A DNA stretch of 64,000 nucleotides. Origin: Caulobacterales bacterium. Its GTDB lineage: Bacteria; Pseudomonadota; Alphaproteobacteria; Caulobacterales; Caulobacteraceae. Shown here in pieces: positions 48,722-60,408 of this stretch. The position numbers were made by a program, and so were the translations under genes. Each line of letters begins with the position of its first letter. Within the stretch, counting starts at the first letter, position 1. A model generated the notes under the pieces. The model saw only the letters and a list, made by a program, of their open reading frames with translations, ran no database searches and was not told the origin of the DNA. Location of the stretch: assembly GCA_017302105.1 (NCBI GenBank), contig JAFLCS010000005.1:73574-137573 (forward strand), given 5' to 3'.

Positions 48722-49542
48722 CCCTCGCCCCAGACGAACAGGCCCAGCCGGTCGGCAGCAGCGATGACGCCCGGTCGGTCGATGACGATGAGGTCGCCCG
48801 TCGGGCCGGCTATTCCGGCCAGACCGGCGGCATGGGCCAGTTCGATCGTCCTGACGCCGATGACCGGCAGGTCGATCCGTCGTTCCTGAATGGGTTTGGG
48901 TGCCTTGGCCAATACACCTTGGGGGGCGTTACCCCGAAGGTCGGCCGGCAGGCCGGCGACCCGTTCCAGCATGGAGTCCGTACCTTCCTGGGCCTCGACG
49001 GCGAGCACCAGGCCACTGGAGACGACGGCTCCCTGGCCGACGTCCAGATCGCCGATCGCGCGGGCGACTGTCAGCGCCTTTTCGATGTCGGCGCGATCCG
49101 TCATACGCGGCTGGACGGCACCGAGAGCGCCGGCGGGCAAGGTCTGGTCGCCACCCAGAATGTCGTCGGCTCCTTCCACCGCAAACCCCGCATCCGCGAA
49201 CACCTTCAGGACCTGGCGCAGTAAGGCGTCGTCCCCCTGTTTGGCGGCCGTGATGATGCCGGGCAGGACGGTCATGCCCTTGAGATCGACCTTGAAGGTC
49301 GAGAAGTCTGGCCGGCTGACCTTGCCGGCCAGACACACGGCGGCGCAATTCGCTTTCTTCAGCGCATCCAGGCACTTGCCGAACTCTCCCAGCGCCAGAT
49401 CGACGCCTTCTGAGGATTGCAGCACGTCGTCGGCATAGCCCTTCAGGCGGATGACGAAGACCGGACGACCCTGGGCCCGGCACGCCTCGACGATTCGGAT
49501 CGGCAGGTCGCCGCCGCCCGCGATCAGACCCAGGCGGTCCAT
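48718..49542 (-). CDS. lpxI: UDP-2,3-diacylglucosamine pyrophosphatase LpxI (DUF1009)
   Basis: MDRLGLIAGGGDLPIRI..., DVGQGAVV, QEGTDSML. The ATG at 49542 lies next to the lpxA stop. The longer ORF start is an artefact. Confidence 0.85.
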   Translation of the reverse strand: MDRLGLIAGGGDLPIRIVEACRAQGRPVFVIRLKGYADDVLQSSEGVDLALGEFGKCLDALKKANCAAVCLAGKVSRPDFSTFKVDLKGMTVLPGIITAAKQGDDALLRQVLKVFADAGFAVEGADDILGGDQTLPAGALGAVQPRMTDRADIEKALTVARAIGDLDVGQGAVVSSGLVLAVEAQEGTDSMLERVAGLPADLRGNAPQGVLAKAPKPIQERRIDLPVIGVRTIELAHAAGLAGIAGPTGDLIVIDRPGVIAAADRLGLFVWGEG

Positions 49543-49543
49543 A

Positions 49544-50332
49544 TCAGGTCTCCGGCAAGCACAGTGGGCGTGAACCGCCGTCGCGGATGAAGGCGACGAT
49601 CTCGGCGGCCTCGGCCAGGTCGCGGGATTCAGCCTCGGCACGGTCCAGCCGCTCGGCGAAGGTGCCCTCGCCCTCGAACAGGTCGCGATAGAAGGCCAGC
49701 ATCTGCTTGATCCGGGTCCGGTCAAAGCCGCGCCGCTTGAGCCCGACCATGTTGAGGCCGTGCAGGCGGGCATGATTGCCCCAGACGGAGCCGAAGGGGA
49801 TGACGTCGCGGGTTACCGCCGCCAGACCTCCAACCATGGCCCCGCGTCCGACGCGGCCATGCTGGTGAATGGCGCACAGGCCACCCAGGAAGACATTGTC
49901 ACCGATGACGACATGGCCACCCAGGGTCGCGTTATTGGCAAAGGTGACCTGATTGCCGACAACGGCGTCATGTCCGACATGGGCACCGGTCATGAACATA
50001 CAGCTGGACCCGACGGTGGTGACGCCGCCGCCCTGAACGGTTCCGCGGTTGAAGGTGCTCCCCTCACGGATCAGGTTGTTTTCGCCGATCTCCAGCCGGG
50101 TCGGTTCGCCCTTGTAGCCGCCATGCTGAGGCGGGCCACCCAGGACCGAGAAGGGGTGCACGATCGTACCGGCTCCGATCTCGGTCACTCCATCGACGAT
50201 GACGCTGGAGACAAGCTGCACGCCGGCATGGAGGGTGACGTCGGGCCCGACGTGACACCACGGTCCGATCTCGGCGTCGGCGGCGATGCGAGCGGCGGGA
50301 TCGACGATGGCGGTCGGATGGATTCGGCTCAC
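49544..50332 (-). CDS. lpxA: Acyl-ACP--UDP-GlcNAc O-acyltransferase
   Basis: [29 protein letters not shown] hexapeptide repeats. GTG start at 50332. Confidence 0.92.
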   Translation of the reverse strand: MSRIHPTAIVDPAARIAADAEIGPWCHVGPDVTLHAGVQLVSSVIVDGVTEIGAGTIVHPFSVLGGPPQHGGYKGEPTRLEIGENNLIREGSTFNRGTVQGGGVTTVGSSCMFMTGAHVGHDAVVGNQVTFANNATLGGHVVIGDNVFLGGLCAIHQHGRVGRGAMVGGLAAVTRDVIPFGSVWGNHARLHGLNMVGLKRRGFDRTRIKQMLAFYRDLFEGEGTFAERLDRAEAESRDLAEAAEIVAFIRDGGSRPLCLPET

Positions 50333-50345
50333 AGGTCTGGTGTCC

Positions 50346-50813
50346 CTACAGGCCGGTCTCAACCACCATGGCGGCGAACTCGGCCTCGGCCGCCAGCTTG
50401 CCGTCGACGAATGCTTCGCCCCTGAACTTGAACAGATCGCCGCGATGCTTGACCACGACCACCTTCATCCGGAGCTGATCACCCGGACGTACCGGCTTGC
50501 GGAAACGCGCGCCATCCACCGACATGAAGAAAATTGCCTTGCCGGAGACGTCTGCATCCAGCGACTTGGACATCAGCACCGCTCCGGTCTGACCCAGGGC
50601 CTCCACGATCAGCACACCGGGCATGACCGGGTTGCCAGGAAAGTGCCCCTGGAAGAATGGCTCGTTGTGGGTGACGTTCTTGATGCCTGTGATCGAAGTG
50701 TGGGCGAGATAGTTCTCGGCCCGATCCACCAGCAGCAGGGGATAGCGATGCGGGATCCGCCGCATCACCTCTGCGAAATCAATTTCCTCGCCGCGATCTT
50801 CCGACTCACTCAT
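50346..50813 (-). CDS. fabZ: 3-hydroxyacyl-ACP dehydratase FabZ
   Basis: [12 protein letters not shown]..., [26 protein letters not shown]. Confidence 0.95.
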   Translation of the reverse strand: MSESEDRGEEIDFAEVMRRIPHRYPLLLVDRAENYLAHTSITGIKNVTHNEPFFQGHFPGNPVMPGVLIVEALGQTGAVLMSKSLDADVSGKAIFFMSVDGARFRKPVRPGDQLRMKVVVVKHRGDLFKFRGEAFVDGKLAAEAEFAAMVVETGL

Positions 50814-51825
50814 CGGGCCCTCCGTGTCGTCTGCTCGCCTGTTTGGCGAGCCAGACGGTTTCGCGCAAGAACCGCCGCATGGGTCGGGCCGGTTGTCCGC
50901 CCCAGGTTTCGCCGTCGGGCACATCGTTGATCACCATCGAGGCCGCACCGATCCGCGCGCCCTTGCCAATGTTAACATGGTCGGTGACACCCGCTCGCCC
51001 GCCGAGCTGAGCGCCGTCCCCGATGACCACGCTACCGGACAGGCCAGTGTGGCCGGCGAGGATCACATGGCGTCCCAGCCGACAGTTGTGGCCGACCTGG
51101 ACCAGATTATCGATCTTGGAGCCTTCGCCGATGACGGTGTCGTCCCAGGCCCCCCGGTCAATGCAGCTGTTGGCACCGACGGAAACGTCGTCTTGCAGGA
51201 TGACCCGACCCAGCTGGGGCACATCAACCAGACCCGCAGTGCCGCCGGCTACACCGAATCCCGCTTCACCGATCACCGTCGAAGCACCGATCCGCACACG
51301 GTCCCCGATCAGGCAGCAGCCAAGCGAAACATTAGGTCCGATGTCGCAATTGCGCCCAATCTGGACGCCGGGACCGATCACCGTATTGGCACCGATGCGG
51401 GTTCCAGCCCCGATGCTGACACCCCGGGCCAGAACGACGCCAGGGCCGGTCACGACCCCGTCTTCCAGCGTGGCATCGGCCGACCCGGCCGTCCCGTCGC
51501 CGGCCGTGCGTACGGCGTGAAGCCGACGGGCGATGTCGGCCCAGGCGGCCTGGGGCGTGCGCGTGATGAGCCGTGCACAGCCCGCGGGGGCCAGGTCGGC
51601 ATGGCGCTCGACCAGGAATACGGCGCCTGCGCGGCTGGCCGCGAGATCGAACCGGTATTTGGGGTCCGCCAGAAACGCGACGCTCCGCCCATCGGCATGG
51701 ATGAGCGGAGCGGCATTTTCTATTCTGAGGTCAGGGTCGCCGTTCGCAAGAACGGCACTCGTCAGCTCAGCGATTTCTGCCAGAGACAGACCGGGCGCGG
51801 ACTCGAAGAAGCGCGCGTCGGGCAT
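50806..51825 (-). CDS. lpxD: UDP-3-O-acylglucosamine N-acyltransferase
   Basis: MPDARFFESAPGLSLAEIAELT..., left-handed beta-helix hexapeptide repeats, and GGQPARPMRRFLRE. Confidence 0.92.
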   Translation of the reverse strand: MPDARFFESAPGLSLAEIAELTSAVLANGDPDLRIENAAPLIHADGRSVAFLADPKYRFDLAASRAGAVFLVERHADLAPAGCARLITRTPQAAWADIARRLHAVRTAGDGTAGSADATLEDGVVTGPGVVLARGVSIGAGTRIGANTVIGPGVQIGRNCDIGPNVSLGCCLIGDRVRIGASTVIGEAGFGVAGGTAGLVDVPQLGRVILQDDVSVGANSCIDRGAWDDTVIGEGSKIDNLVQVGHNCRLGRHVILAGHTGLSGSVVIGDGAQLGGRAGVTDHVNIGKGARIGAASMVINDVPDGETWGGQPARPMRRFLRETVWLAKQASRRHGGPDE

Positions 51826-51842
51826 CTCTGAAGCGACCCGTC

Positions 51843-52421
51843 CTACTGTTGCGGCAGCGGCGAGCGGTCGAAGGACAGCGTTTGCAGCTGCTGGTTCATC
51901 AGTTCGATGACCCGGTCGGTGATGTCCATGGCCGGGTTCGCACCAAACATGGCCGAGCGATCGAACAGCAGGCCGCAACCCCGCTCCTGATAGACTTGGA
52001 CCAGGATCGGATCCATGGTTTCGCCAATGCGCTGGATCTGGAGCCCCTGGGTGTACTGGAGCTCGCCTTCGCGTTGGGCCGCCAGCTGTTGATAGGCACC
52101 GGCGCGCTGCTGCAGGGCACCGGCGCGCTGCTGGAACTGGTCAGCCGGGAGGCTGGCCTGGCCTTGCTGGAGGGCGGCCACTTCGGCCTCGATCGCCGAG
52201 CCTTCAGGCTGCAACTCTGCACGCACGGCGTCAGTCAGCTGCTGCATCCGGGCGCTGACGGCTTGGCCGACCATTGAGCCGGCGACGGCGCGGCCCTGGT
52301 TGAAGGTGCAGATACCGGGGATCACCGGGCCGGGGTTGGTCGGCTGAGCCGGCTGGGCACCGGCAGCGCCGGCGAGGGCCATCGCCACGGCGGCGACGGA
52401 GGCGAGGAGGGGGAGCTTCAT
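51843..52421 (-). CDS. skp: Periplasmic chaperone Skp/OmpH
   Basis: Signal peptide and a Gln/Ala-rich coiled coil. Located between bamA and lpxD. Confidence 0.8.
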   Translation of the reverse strand: MKLPLLASVAAVAMALAGAAGAQPAQPTNPGPVIPGICTFNQGRAVAGSMVGQAVSARMQQLTDAVRAELQPEGSAIEAEVAALQQGQASLPADQFQQRAGALQQRAGAYQQLAAQREGELQYTQGLQIQRIGETMDPILVQVYQERGCGLLFDRSAMFGANPAMDITDRVIELMNQQLQTLSFDRSPLPQQ

Positions 52422-52430
52422 CGAATAGTC

Positions 52431-54830
52431 CTAGAACTGGGTTGAGGTGGAGAACCTGAACGTCTCGGTCCGGTCGTAGTTTTCTCTCTGCAGGATTTGC
52501 GAGAAGTCGAAGCGGATCGGCCCCATGGGCGAGCGCCAGTGAACACTGAGGCCAGCCGACGCACGCGGACTGATGTCCGACACGATGTTCGGGTCCGGGA
52601 AGCCGGTGGCGTCGATCCGGTAGCGGTCGTCAAGCATACCCACCGTTCCGTAGTCGATGAACGCCGAGGTGCGAACGCCGTACTCCTCAGGCAAGAAATT
52701 CGGCAGCGTCAGCTCAAGGGTGCCGATGGCGTACATATTTCCGCCCAGGGCATCGCCGGTCAGAAGGTCACGTGGACCCATGCCCGCCGTCTCGAAGCCG
52801 CGGAAGGTGTTGCCCCCCTTGAAGAAGCGGTCGTTGATCCGGATCGGATCGCCGCCCCAGCCACTGATGTATCCCGCTGACACATCGGCCGAGAACACGA
52901 TGGACGACGTGATGCCGCGGAACCAGGTGCCGCTCACTTCGGTGCGAACATAGTTCACATCGCCGCCGATGCCGGCCAGCTCCTGCCACAGGTTACCGCG
53001 CCAGCCCCGCGTCGGACGAACCGGGTCGTTGGTGCGGTTGACGTTCAGCGTGTAACCGACGGTCGAGGACAGGAAGCTGCCGACCTGTTCGCACAGCGCC
53101 CGCGAACCGAAGCCTGGGCAATAGCCGTTCGGCACCTCAATGGAGTCCGACTTCAGGTTGTAGCGTATGCTCAGGCCTGTGTAGTCGTTGATCGGCCAGC
53201 CGGCTCGTAGGCCGACGCCCGTCGACACCCAGTCGAACGACGATTCGTTCTGAAGATTGTACCGGTAGTGATAAAGATCGAAGCCGGCGCGCAGATCCCG
53301 CCCGAGGAAGCGTGGCTCGGTGAAGGTGATGTTGGCCTGCTGGCGAAGCGATCCCCAGGACAGACGGGCGACCAGGTTCTGTCCCCGGCCCCGGAAGTTG
53401 GACTGGGTGACGCCCAGGTCAATGATGAAGCTGTCCACCGACGAGAAGCCGGCCCCGAATGACAGGGTGCCGGTCGGCTGTTCCTGGACACCGACCTGAA
53501 GCACGGTGCGATCAGGTGCCGATCCCTGCACGCGCTCGATCGTAACATCTTCAAAGAAATTCAGGCGTCGCAGGTTGTTGCGCGACATATCGACCAGTGC
53601 CTGGTTGAAGGCGTCCCCCTCGGTCAACATCATCTCGCGACGGATGACCGGGTCGATGGTCTGGGTGTTGCCGACGATGTCGATCCGCTCGACGTAAACC
53701 CGAGGGCCTTCCCGGACCTGGAAGGTGATGTCGACCGTGTCGTTTTCGCTGTTCGGGGTTTCGACCGGTCGAATGTCCACGAAGGCGTAACCGGCGGCAC
53801 CGGCGGCGAACGTCAGGGCCTCGACGGCCTGTTCGACCCGATCCGACTCATAGCGGTCGCCCGTGCGGATGGGGATCAGGGCGCGCAGAAACTCGGCATT
53901 CAGTCGCTCGTTTTCCGTCTCGACCTGAAGGTCGCCGAACTCGTAGGGATCTCCCTCGTCAATGGTCAGCGAAATCTGGAAGTCTTCCTGGTCCGGCGTC
54001 AGTTCCGCCACCGACGAAACGACCCGGAAGTCGTAGTAGCCACGGTTCGTATAGAAGTCGCGCAGCTGTTCGCGGTCGTACTCCAGACGGTTGGGATCAT
54101 AGTTGTCGTTGGACGACAGGAAATTCCACCAGTTCGACCGCTCGGTCACCATGACATCGCGCAGGTCGCCGTCCGAATAGGCCGAGTTGCCCAGGATGTT
54201 GATGTTGCGGACGCCGGTCTGGACGCCTTCGTCGATCTCGAAAATCAGATCGACGCGGTTCTGCTCCAGCTGGACCAGCTTGGGCGTGACCGTCGCGGAG
54301 ATCCGACCGGAACGGCGGTACAGCTCAACAATGCGCTGAACTTCGGCCTGGACGCGGGCACGGGTATAGACGCCGCGCGGACGCACCGTGATCTCTTCGC
54401 GCAGGCTTTCCTCGTTGAGGGCGCTGTTTCCCTCGAAGACGACCTGGTTGATGATCGGGTTCTCTGCGACCTGAATCACCAGGGTGCCGTTGGGCTGCAG
54501 CGCGATCTGAACGTCCGAGAAGTGATCGGTGCGGAACAGGGTCCGGACCGCCAGGTTGATGACCGCGTCATCCACCACATCACCCGGCTGAATCGGCAGA
54601 TAAGACAGGATCGTCGAGGGATCGATACGCTGGGCCCCCTGGACCTGGATCCGGGTAACAACGGCGGACTGCGGGGCCTCCTGCGCGGGCGTGGCCGCCG
54701 GATCGGCGGCGGGCTCGGCGGCAGGCGCTTCCTGTGCCCAGGCCGGTGTGGACAGGACGGCCGTGGCGACCAGAGCCAGAAGGCTCGTTTGGAGGGCTGG
54801 GCGTGACCGGTAATGCATTCTGAAAACCAT
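52431..54830 (-). CDS. bamA: Outer-membrane protein assembly factor BamA
   Basis: Signal peptide, POTRA repeats (I..I.V.G...), and C-terminal beta-barrel ending FRFSTSTQF. Confidence 0.95.
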   Translation of the reverse strand: MVFRMHYRSRPALQTSLLALVATAVLSTPAWAQEAPAAEPAADPAATPAQEAPQSAVVTRIQVQGAQRIDPSTILSYLPIQPGDVVDDAVINLAVRTLFRTDHFSDVQIALQPNGTLVIQVAENPIINQVVFEGNSALNEESLREEITVRPRGVYTRARVQAEVQRIVELYRRSGRISATVTPKLVQLEQNRVDLIFEIDEGVQTGVRNINILGNSAYSDGDLRDVMVTERSNWWNFLSSNDNYDPNRLEYDREQLRDFYTNRGYYDFRVVSSVAELTPDQEDFQISLTIDEGDPYEFGDLQVETENERLNAEFLRALIPIRTGDRYESDRVEQAVEALTFAAGAAGYAFVDIRPVETPNSENDTVDITFQVREGPRVYVERIDIVGNTQTIDPVIRREMMLTEGDAFNQALVDMSRNNLRRLNFFEDVTIERVQGSAPDRTVLQVGVQEQPTGTLSFGAGFSSVDSFIIDLGVTQSNFRGRGQNLVARLSWGSLRQQANITFTEPRFLGRDLRAGFDLYHYRYNLQNESSFDWVSTGVGLRAGWPINDYTGLSIRYNLKSDSIEVPNGYCPGFGSRALCEQVGSFLSSTVGYTLNVNRTNDPVRPTRGWRGNLWQELAGIGGDVNYVRTEVSGTWFRGITSSIVFSADVSAGYISGWGGDPIRINDRFFKGGNTFRGFETAGMGPRDLLTGDALGGNMYAIGTLELTLPNFLPEEYGVRTSAFIDYGTVGMLDDRYRIDATGFPDPNIVSDISPRASAGLSVHWRSPMGPIRFDFSQILQRENYDRTETFRFSTSTQF

Positions 54831-54847
54831 CGGCGACGGGCTAGGGG

Positions 54848-56068
54848 TTACGACGTCCCGCCGAGGAAGGCGAAGAGGTTGAGCTTGTTCAGATCGTTCC
54901 AAGTGGCGAACAACATCAATCCCACGAGCAAAGCAAGTCCGACGCGGAAGCCGGCCTCCTGGAATTGAGCGTTCAGCGGCCGTCGGGCGACGGCTTCATA
55001 GGCGTAGAACACGAGATGGCCCCCATCCAAAATCGGAACCGGCAACAGATTGAAGAAGCCGACTGCGACCGAAAGGAGGCCGGCAAGGGTCAAAAGCGAG
55101 AAAAACAGCCTGAGGGCACCTTCGCCGAAGCTCTGGGCACCCGTTATGGCGTGATCGGCGATCGCCCCTGAGGCGCGGGCGATGCCGATCGGGCCCGAAA
55201 GTTGGTCGCCGCTCTCGCGCCCGGTGAAAATTCGACCGAGATAGGTCAGGGTGCTGTCGAGAATTCCGCCGGTCTGGCGCACCCCGAAGACCAGGGCCTG
55301 CGGCAGGTTGTAGCGGTGCACCTCATAGTCGGCCCGCGACTGGCTGGGTCCGACGCCCAGATATCCCATCCGGACCGTCGACTGGTCGATCTCGCTCTGA
55401 ACTTCGCGGGCACCCGGTGTCGCGGTCAGGTCGACCAATTGACCGGCGCGATCGACCTCGAAACGGATCGGCTGGCCGGCTCGGCCCGAGATGTGAAGCT
55501 GCAGGTCTTCCCAGCGCTCAATCCTGCGCCCGTCGGCTTCGACGATCAGATCGTCGACCTGGAACCCGGCGGCGGCGGCGGGGCTGCCGGCCTCGACCGA
55601 TCCGATCCGGGGTTTGAGAAGGACGGTTTCCCCCATGGCCATGGCCAGGACGGCAAAGATCGTGATGGCCAGCAGAAAATTGGCGACCGGTCCGGCCAGG
55701 ACCACCAGGGCGCGCTGCCAGATCGGCTTGAAGTGATAATAGGCCCGCTCGGCCCCAGGGCCCTGCTCGACCACGATCTGCTCTCGCAGCGCATCGAGCC
55801 CCTCACGGTCGGGGACGCCAGTAACGTCCAGATCCCCGGAAAACTTGACGTAGCCCCCGAGGGGCAGGGCCGCCAGTCGCCACTCGACACCGGACCTGTC
55901 GATTCGGGACCAGAGGGTCTTGCCAAACCCGATCGAGAAACGGTCGATCTTCACGCCGAACAGCTTGGCCACGCTGAAATGGCCGAGTTCGTGAATCACG
56001 ATGACAAGACCCAGCACGGCCACGAAAGCGGCCAGCGTGCCCAGAAGGGAGCCTATGAAATCGAGCAT
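54848..56068 (-). CDS. rseP: Site-2 zinc metalloprotease RseP
   Basis: HELGHF zinc motif near the N-terminus, PDZ region and LLPVPILDGGH. Confidence 0.93.
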   Translation of the reverse strand: MLDFIGSLLGTLAAFVAVLGLVIVIHELGHFSVAKLFGVKIDRFSIGFGKTLWSRIDRSGVEWRLAALPLGGYVKFSGDLDVTGVPDREGLDALREQIVVEQGPGAERAYYHFKPIWQRALVVLAGPVANFLLAITIFAVLAMAMGETVLLKPRIGSVEAGSPAAAAGFQVDDLIVEADGRRIERWEDLQLHISGRAGQPIRFEVDRAGQLVDLTATPGAREVQSEIDQSTVRMGYLGVGPSQSRADYEVHRYNLPQALVFGVRQTGGILDSTLTYLGRIFTGRESGDQLSGPIGIARASGAIADHAITGAQSFGEGALRLFFSLLTLAGLLSVAVGFFNLLPVPILDGGHLVFYAYEAVARRPLNAQFQEAGFRVGLALLVGLMLFATWNDLNKLNLFAFLGGTS

Positions 56069-56094
56069 TCTGTCCTAGACCCTCACTTTGACGC

Positions 56095-57285
56095 CTAGGC
56101 CGCCTGGGCGCGTCGGCTGATAGCCTCCGACGCCAGACGGCGAGCACCTTTGTCGGCGCCCAGGGCCTGTTCCAACGGACTGTCGCCCGCCCCGGAATCG
56201 TTCGCATCAACGAAGCCGTCGAGCGTTTCCGATACCGTGGCGGCAATATCAAGAAACCCAATCTTGCGGTCAAGAAAAGCCCGCACGGCGGTCTCATTCG
56301 CCGCATTGAAGATCGCTGGTGCCGCCCCCCCAACCGTCAGGGCCTGTCGAGCCAGACGCAGGAGCGGAAACCGTGTTTCATCCGGTGCCTCAAAAGTCAG
56401 GGCACCAATCTCGGCCAGGCTGAGCCGGGGGGCCGGCCAGGCGATCCGTTGTGGCCAGGCCAGGGCGCAGGCGATCGGGGTGCGCATATCCGGCGGACCC
56501 AGCTGGGCCAGGGTCGATCCGTCCGCATATTCGACCATCGAATGAATGATCGACTGGGGATGAACCAGCACCTCGATCCGGCCGGCCTCCATGCCAAAGA
56601 GATAGGCCGCCTCGATCATCTCCAGACCCTTGTTGGCCATGGTGGCGGAATCGACGGAGATCTTGGCCCCCATCGACCAGTTCGGGTGGGCGACGGCCTG
56701 TTCGGGTGTGACCGAGGCCATGGCCGCCAGCGGCAGGGTACGGAAGGGGCCGCCGGAAGCCGTGAGGGTAAGGCGTGTCACGACATTCCGGTTGTGCGGT
56801 TCCAGGACCTGAAAGATGGCGGAATGCTCGGAATCCACCGGAATGACCTGGCCGCCGGCCTGCCGTGCCGCCTCAATCAGGGCAGGGCCGCAACACACCA
56901 GACTTTCCTTGTTGGCCAGGGCCAGGGTGGTGCCCATCCGGGCGGCGGCCCAGGCAGGCCTGAGTCCGGCGGCGCCGACAATCGCGGCCATGATCCAGTC
57001 GGATCCCGCCGTCGCCGCCGCCTCTACGGCGTCGTCCCCCGCAGCCGTTGCGATTCCGGACCCGGCCAGGCGGGCATCCAGTTCGGGCTTAAGCGCCGCA
57101 TCGGCGATCACGGCCAGTTCAGGCCGCCAGCTCAGCGCCTGTTGCGCCAGCAGAGCGACATTGGAGCCAGCCGTCAGAGCATCGATCTGATAGGCGTCCG
57201 AGCCACCCGTCCGGCTCATCAGGTCAAGGGTCGAGACTCCGATGGAGCCGGTCGACCCAAGGACGGTGATGCGGCGACGGCTCAT
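56095..57285 (-). CDS. dxr: 1-deoxy-D-xylulose-5-phosphate reductoisomerase
   Basis: [42 protein letters not shown]. Confidence 0.96.
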   Translation of the reverse strand: MSRRRITVLGSTGSIGVSTLDLMSRTGGSDAYQIDALTAGSNVALLAQQALSWRPELAVIADAALKPELDARLAGSGIATAAGDDAVEAAATAGSDWIMAAIVGAAGLRPAWAAARMGTTLALANKESLVCCGPALIEAARQAGGQVIPVDSEHSAIFQVLEPHNRNVVTRLTLTASGGPFRTLPLAAMASVTPEQAVAHPNWSMGAKISVDSATMANKGLEMIEAAYLFGMEAGRIEVLVHPQSIIHSMVEYADGSTLAQLGPPDMRTPIACALAWPQRIAWPAPRLSLAEIGALTFEAPDETRFPLLRLARQALTVGGAAPAIFNAANETAVRAFLDRKIGFLDIAATVSETLDGFVDANDSGAGDSPLEQALGADKGARRLASEAISRRAQAA

Positions 57286-58100
57286 GCCGTCAGTCCCAGA
57301 TCGACGACCAGCTTGATCGCGGCCACCACCACTACGGCGAACATCAACCCGTCGACCCGGTCCAGCAGACCGCCATGGCCGGGGATCAAGTCACCCGAAT
57401 CCTTGACGCCGTACCGACGCTTGAGCGCAGATTCCCAAAGGTCGCCGGCCATGGTCGCCAGGGCTCCCGCCAGACCGATCACGGCCGCCAGCGACAGGCT
57501 GACACCGGAAAACGTAAGATAGCCGCCGCCGCCGGTTGCGACGAGAAGCATCGCCATGGCAGCACCGCCGATCAGGCCACCGATGAAGCCGGACCAGGTC
57601 TTGTTGGGCGAGAAGCGGGGCCACAATTTGGGGCCTTTGAGCAGGCTGCCGACCAGATAGGCGAAACTGTCGGCTGCCCAGGTGACAGCGAACAGCAGGA
57701 TGATCCAGCTTCCACCCTCCGAGGACAGGCGCAGCCAGACCAGCAAGACCAGCGGCCAGCCCAGATAGAAGACCCCATAGGCTGCGTCGATCGGCGAGCG
57801 CCGGACCGCCTGGGCGATCAGGAAGGCCAGGATGGCCCCGAACGACAGCAGCACCAGCCCCAGCGAAATGTCAGCCAGATAGACGGCCAGCCCCGGCACG
57901 ATGACGCCCACGGCGACCGCAGCCGCCATCCATTTGGCTGACCCGGGGGCCGTCATCTTGGCCCATTCCCACGACAGCAAGAGGGCGGCGGCCCCCATCA
58001 GGGCCGCAAAGGCCCATCCTCCGAGCCACAGGCCTGCGATGGCCAGCGGTGCGAGCACTGCCGCGGATGCGGCCCGGATGATGATGTCGCGTCCCGACAC
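57282..58100 (-). CDS. cdsA: Phosphatidate cytidylyltransferase
   Basis: Polytopic membrane protein with [12 protein letters not shown] and [24 protein letters not shown]. Confidence 0.9.
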   Translation of the reverse strand: MSGRDIIIRAASAAVLAPLAIAGLWLGGWAFAALMGAAALLLSWEWAKMTAPGSAKWMAAAVAVGVIVPGLAVYLADISLGLVLLSFGAILAFLIAQAVRRSPIDAAYGVFYLGWPLVLLVWLRLSSEGGSWIILLFAVTWAADSFAYLVGSLLKGPKLWPRFSPNKTWSGFIGGLIGGAAMAMLLVATGGGGYLTFSGVSLSLAAVIGLAGALATMAGDLWESALKRRYGVKDSGDLIPGHGGLLDRVDGLMFAVVVVAAIKLVVDLGLTA

Positions 58101-58834
58101 TATCCTGCCTGCCGAGCCGTTTCGAGGCCGCCGAACCGCCGCTCACGCATCCGGAACGCCTCGATGGCCTCGGCCAGGGCTTCCCGGCCGTAGTCCGGCC
58201 AGAAGATGTCCTGGAACAGGAGTTCGGCGTAGGCGGCCTCCCACATCAGGAAATTCGAGAGGCGATGCTCGCCCGAGGTGCGAACCACCAGATCGACCGG
58301 CGGTGCACCGGCCGTCGACAGCAGACGTTCGAAGCGCTCTTCGGTCAGGCTGGCGGAATCTTCGCCGCTTTCAGCAAACCGCCGGGCAGCATCCACGATG
58401 TCAGCACGCGAGCCGTAGTTGAAGGCAACCTGCAGCAAAAAGCGGTCGTTGCGCGCGGTGCGCGCCTCGGCGCGTTCGACGATCTCGCGGATGTCGTCGG
58501 GCAGGCCTTCATGGCGGCCGGGAATTCTCAGCCTCACGCCTTCGCGCACGAGGCGGTCCAGATCACTTTCGACGTAGGCCCGCACCAGGCCCATCAACTC
58601 GGACACCTCTGCGGCCGGACGCCGCCAATTCTCGGTCGAAAAGCCGAAAACGGTCAGACAGGTCAGGCCCAGGTCCGGGGCAGCCTGGACGGTGCGCTTG
58701 AGGGCCTCTACGCCAGCCCGGTGGCCCAGGGTGCGCGGCAGGCCCCGCGCCTTCGCCCAGCGACCGTTGCCGTCCATGATCAACGCGACGTGGCGCGGAC
58801 CGGCGGCATCTGGGCTGGGGCGATCGGCCATCAA
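58100..58834 (-). CDS. uppS: Undecaprenyl-diphosphate synthase
   Basis: [45 protein letters not shown]. Confidence 0.95.
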   Translation of the reverse strand: MMADRPSPDAAGPRHVALIMDGNGRWAKARGLPRTLGHRAGVEALKRTVQAAPDLGLTCLTVFGFSTENWRRPAAEVSELMGLVRAYVESDLDRLVREGVRLRIPGRHEGLPDDIREIVERAEARTARNDRFLLQVAFNYGSRADIVDAARRFAESGEDSASLTEERFERLLSTAGAPPVDLVVRTSGEHRLSNFLMWEAAYAELLFQDIFWPDYGREALAEAIEAFRMRERRFGGLETARQAG

Positions 58835-58861
58835 GGCACCTTTCGAGGCTCAGGCCGCAGC

Positions 58862-59419
58862 CTAGACCTGCATGATTTCCACTTCTTTGGCCTTGAGGGC
58901 CTCGTCGATGCGCTTGATGGCGGCGTCGGTGTCCTTCTGGACCTCGGCTTCCATCTTCTTCTGCTCGTCCTGACTGATCTCGCCTGCCTTTTCGGCCTTT
59001 TTGAGATCATCGTTCGCATCGCGACGAACATTTCGTACAGCGACCTTCTGCTGCTCGGCATAGCGCCCGGCCAGCTTGGCCAATTCCTTGCGGCGCTCCT
59101 CGGTCAGGGGCGGAATCGGCACCCGGATCGTCTGGCCGTCGACGATGGGGTTGAGGCCCAGGCCGGCGGCGCGGATCGCCTTCTCGACGGAGACCACGAC
59201 ACCCTTGTCCCAGACGTTGACCGCGATCATGCGCGGCTCCGGCACGGTGATGGCGGCCACGGCATTCAGGGGAGAGGTTGAGCCATAGGCCTCGACCTGG
59301 ACCGGTTCCAGTAGGCCGGCCGAGGCGCGGCCCGTGCGCAGGCCGGCGAACTCCTCCTTCAGCGCGCTGACAGCCTTGTCCATGCGGCTGCGGATTGTGT
59401 TGAGGTCAGGCTTGGCCAT
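58862..59419 (-). CDS. frr: Ribosome recycling factor
   Basis: Full-length Frr pattern ([19 protein letters not shown]..., [16 protein letters not shown]). Confidence 0.96.
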   Translation of the reverse strand: MAKPDLNTIRSRMDKAVSALKEEFAGLRTGRASAGLLEPVQVEAYGSTSPLNAVAAITVPEPRMIAVNVWDKGVVVSVEKAIRAAGLGLNPIVDGQTIRVPIPPLTEERRKELAKLAGRYAEQQKVAVRNVRRDANDDLKKAEKAGEISQDEQKKMEAEVQKDTDAAIKRIDEALKAKEVEIMQV

Positions 59420-59446
59420 TGTCGTCTCCCGGTCTTTCGTCGTGCC

Positions 59447-60169
59447 TCAGCCGTCGGTGCAGATGACGGTGAAGGCCCCCTGGCCGTCCAGCACCCGCTG
59501 GAACGCGCCTTGCTCACGGATGGAGAAGACCACGATTGGAATTCTCGCATCGCGCATCATGGCAATGGCGGATGCATCCATGACCCGCAAGTCCTTGGCC
59601 AGAACGTCGGTGTAGGTGAGGGTGTCGTATCGCGTGGCGTCCGGGTCCTTCTTGGGATCTGCCGAATAGACACCATCGACCGATGTCCCCTTGAGCAGAA
59701 CGTCACAGCCCATCTCGGCGGCGCGCAGAGCCGCGCCGGAGTCGGTGGTGAAGAAGGGTGCGCCGACGCCGGCGGCGAAGATCACCACACGGCCTTTTTC
59801 CAGATGACGCAGGGCGCGGCGTCGAATGAGCGGCTCGGCCACCGCCGGCATATCCAGGGCCGACTGAACGCGGGTCGGCACGCCGATCTTCTCCAGCGCC
59901 GCCTGCATGGCCAGAGCATTCATCACCGTGGCCAGCATTCCCATCTGGTCGGCCGTCGCCCGCTCCATGTCGCCGGCGGCCTTGGACAGCCCCCGGAAGA
60001 TGTTGCCGCCGCCGATCACCAGGCAGATCTCAACCCCGGTAGCATGGGCTCGGGCGATGGACCCGGCCACCTCGGCCACCGTCTTCATGTCGATGCCATA
60101 GGGCTGGTCGCCCATCAGCACCTCGCCGGAAACCTTCAGCAGGACGCGCTTGAAATTGGGGTCGGCCAT
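59447..60169 (-). CDS. pyrH: UMP kinase
   Basis: [32 protein letters not shown]. Confidence 0.96.
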   Translation of the reverse strand: MADPNFKRVLLKVSGEVLMGDQPYGIDMKTVAEVAGSIARAHATGVEICLVIGGGNIFRGLSKAAGDMERATADQMGMLATVMNALAMQAALEKIGVPTRVQSALDMPAVAEPLIRRRALRHLEKGRVVIFAAGVGAPFFTTDSGAALRAAEMGCDVLLKGTSVDGVYSADPKKDPDATRYDTLTYTDVLAKDLRVMDASAIAMMRDARIPIVVFSIREQGAFQRVLDGQGAFTVICTDG

Positions 60170-60408
60170 GGGTCCTTCGGAGAAGCTGGGTACGGAATCG
60201 GTCCTTCATAGACGAAGGGCACCCCAGCCGTCAGCCGGAGCGCCCTAAAAGTTTGTCTCTTCCCCAGCCGCCTGGGGAGGCGGCTCGACGCAAGGCGGCG
60301 AGACGAAGGGGGCGGACCTGTCCTTTCCGGACGGGCCTGCGGTGCCCCCTCCACCACTTCGTGGTCACCCTCCCCATGGAATGGGGAGGAGACGAACGAT
60401 GACGGGCC